From Camelus ferus (taxonomy: Eukaryota): DNA of 64,000 nt. Below, in pieces: positions 63,524 to 64,000 of this stretch (position 1 is the stretch's first letter; every line of letters begins with the position of its first letter). The stretch spans positions 22,506,001 to 22,570,000 of the forward strand of contig NC_045732.1 of the NCBI RefSeq assembly GCF_009834535.1, read 5' to 3'. The position numbers were made by a program, and so were the translations under genes. Below the pieces are notes generated by a model, which had not been told where the DNA came from, did not search any database, and saw only the letters and a program-made list of their open reading frames with translations.

Positions 63524-63665
63524 CAACTCTGAACCAATCCCACCGCAGGGCGGTTAAGCAAATTATCTGGCAGAAGATTAACCTCTCTCATTGTGTTAGC
63601 CAGTCGCACAGGAAGCTCCTTCCGTAGGAACATATACGAAGTTTTTTCACACGCATTATCTCTCC
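63524..63665 (-). CDS. PDK3: PDK3 exon 2
   Basis: 142 nt with AG/GTAAGT ends; (G)[46 protein letters not shown](W); exon 1 is beyond the window. Confidence 0.97.
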
Positions 63666-64000
63666 CTATTAAGAGACGAAAAATAGTCCATGGTTTTATA
63701 ATCTAACAAGCTGGAACAGTAAAGTGAACTCATGGTAGCCCACTGACTGGTTGGGAAGAGAAAAGTAAGTAATCTGGCAGTCTCTAATTAAATTTTTAGC
63801 CTCTGACATGGCAAGTTTAAGGAACTAACTTAATTAGAACCGAAAAAGAACATTTACTCCAAGAGGCAACCTTCAAAGCAGGTTTTTTTTCCCTTAGCAC
63901 AAATACGTCCCTAGTGTTAACCAGCGGCTTGGTATAAAAGTAACCTGAAATATAATCTGAATTTGTTTTCAAACAAACACTGTGGGGAAACTGCCAAGTA

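Noticed and set aside
1-64000. Novel multi-gene system, CRISPR array, rRNA or snoRNA
   Set aside because: No regular repeat-spacer array, rRNA similarity or convincing C/D or H/ACA architecture was seen; known genes and repeats explain the window.

Overview
Mammalian genomic DNA from a short-read draft with six N gaps, almost certainly camelid (four Vic-1-like tRNA-derived SINEs). The gene pair matches the human Xp22.11 locus as I recall it. Two genes converge tail to tail. On + is the last coding exon and long 3' UTR of PCYT1B (CCT-beta). On - are exons 2-12 of PDK3; exon lengths and phases fit the human gene, exons 4 and 7 are partly hidden by gaps, and exon 1 lies outside the window. The rest is intron or intergenic DNA rich in L1, HAL1, L2, MIR, MaLR LTRs and Tigger/hAT MITEs. 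I found no convincing new biological system. The best leads are: (1) a PCYT1B beta1-type internal splice whose human stop codon is CAG here, predicting a 73-aa tail; (2) a PDK3 exon-3 branch point apparently supplied by an MLT1 LTR; (3) a PDK3 splice donor overlapping the stop codon, giving two C-termini; (4) an old L1 with a perfect 14-bp TSD at the proximal PDK3 polyA site; (5) a 61-nt hairpin in the PCYT1B 3' UTR. Protein and repeat comparisons are from memory, no searches were run, and repeat boundaries and subfamily names are approximate.
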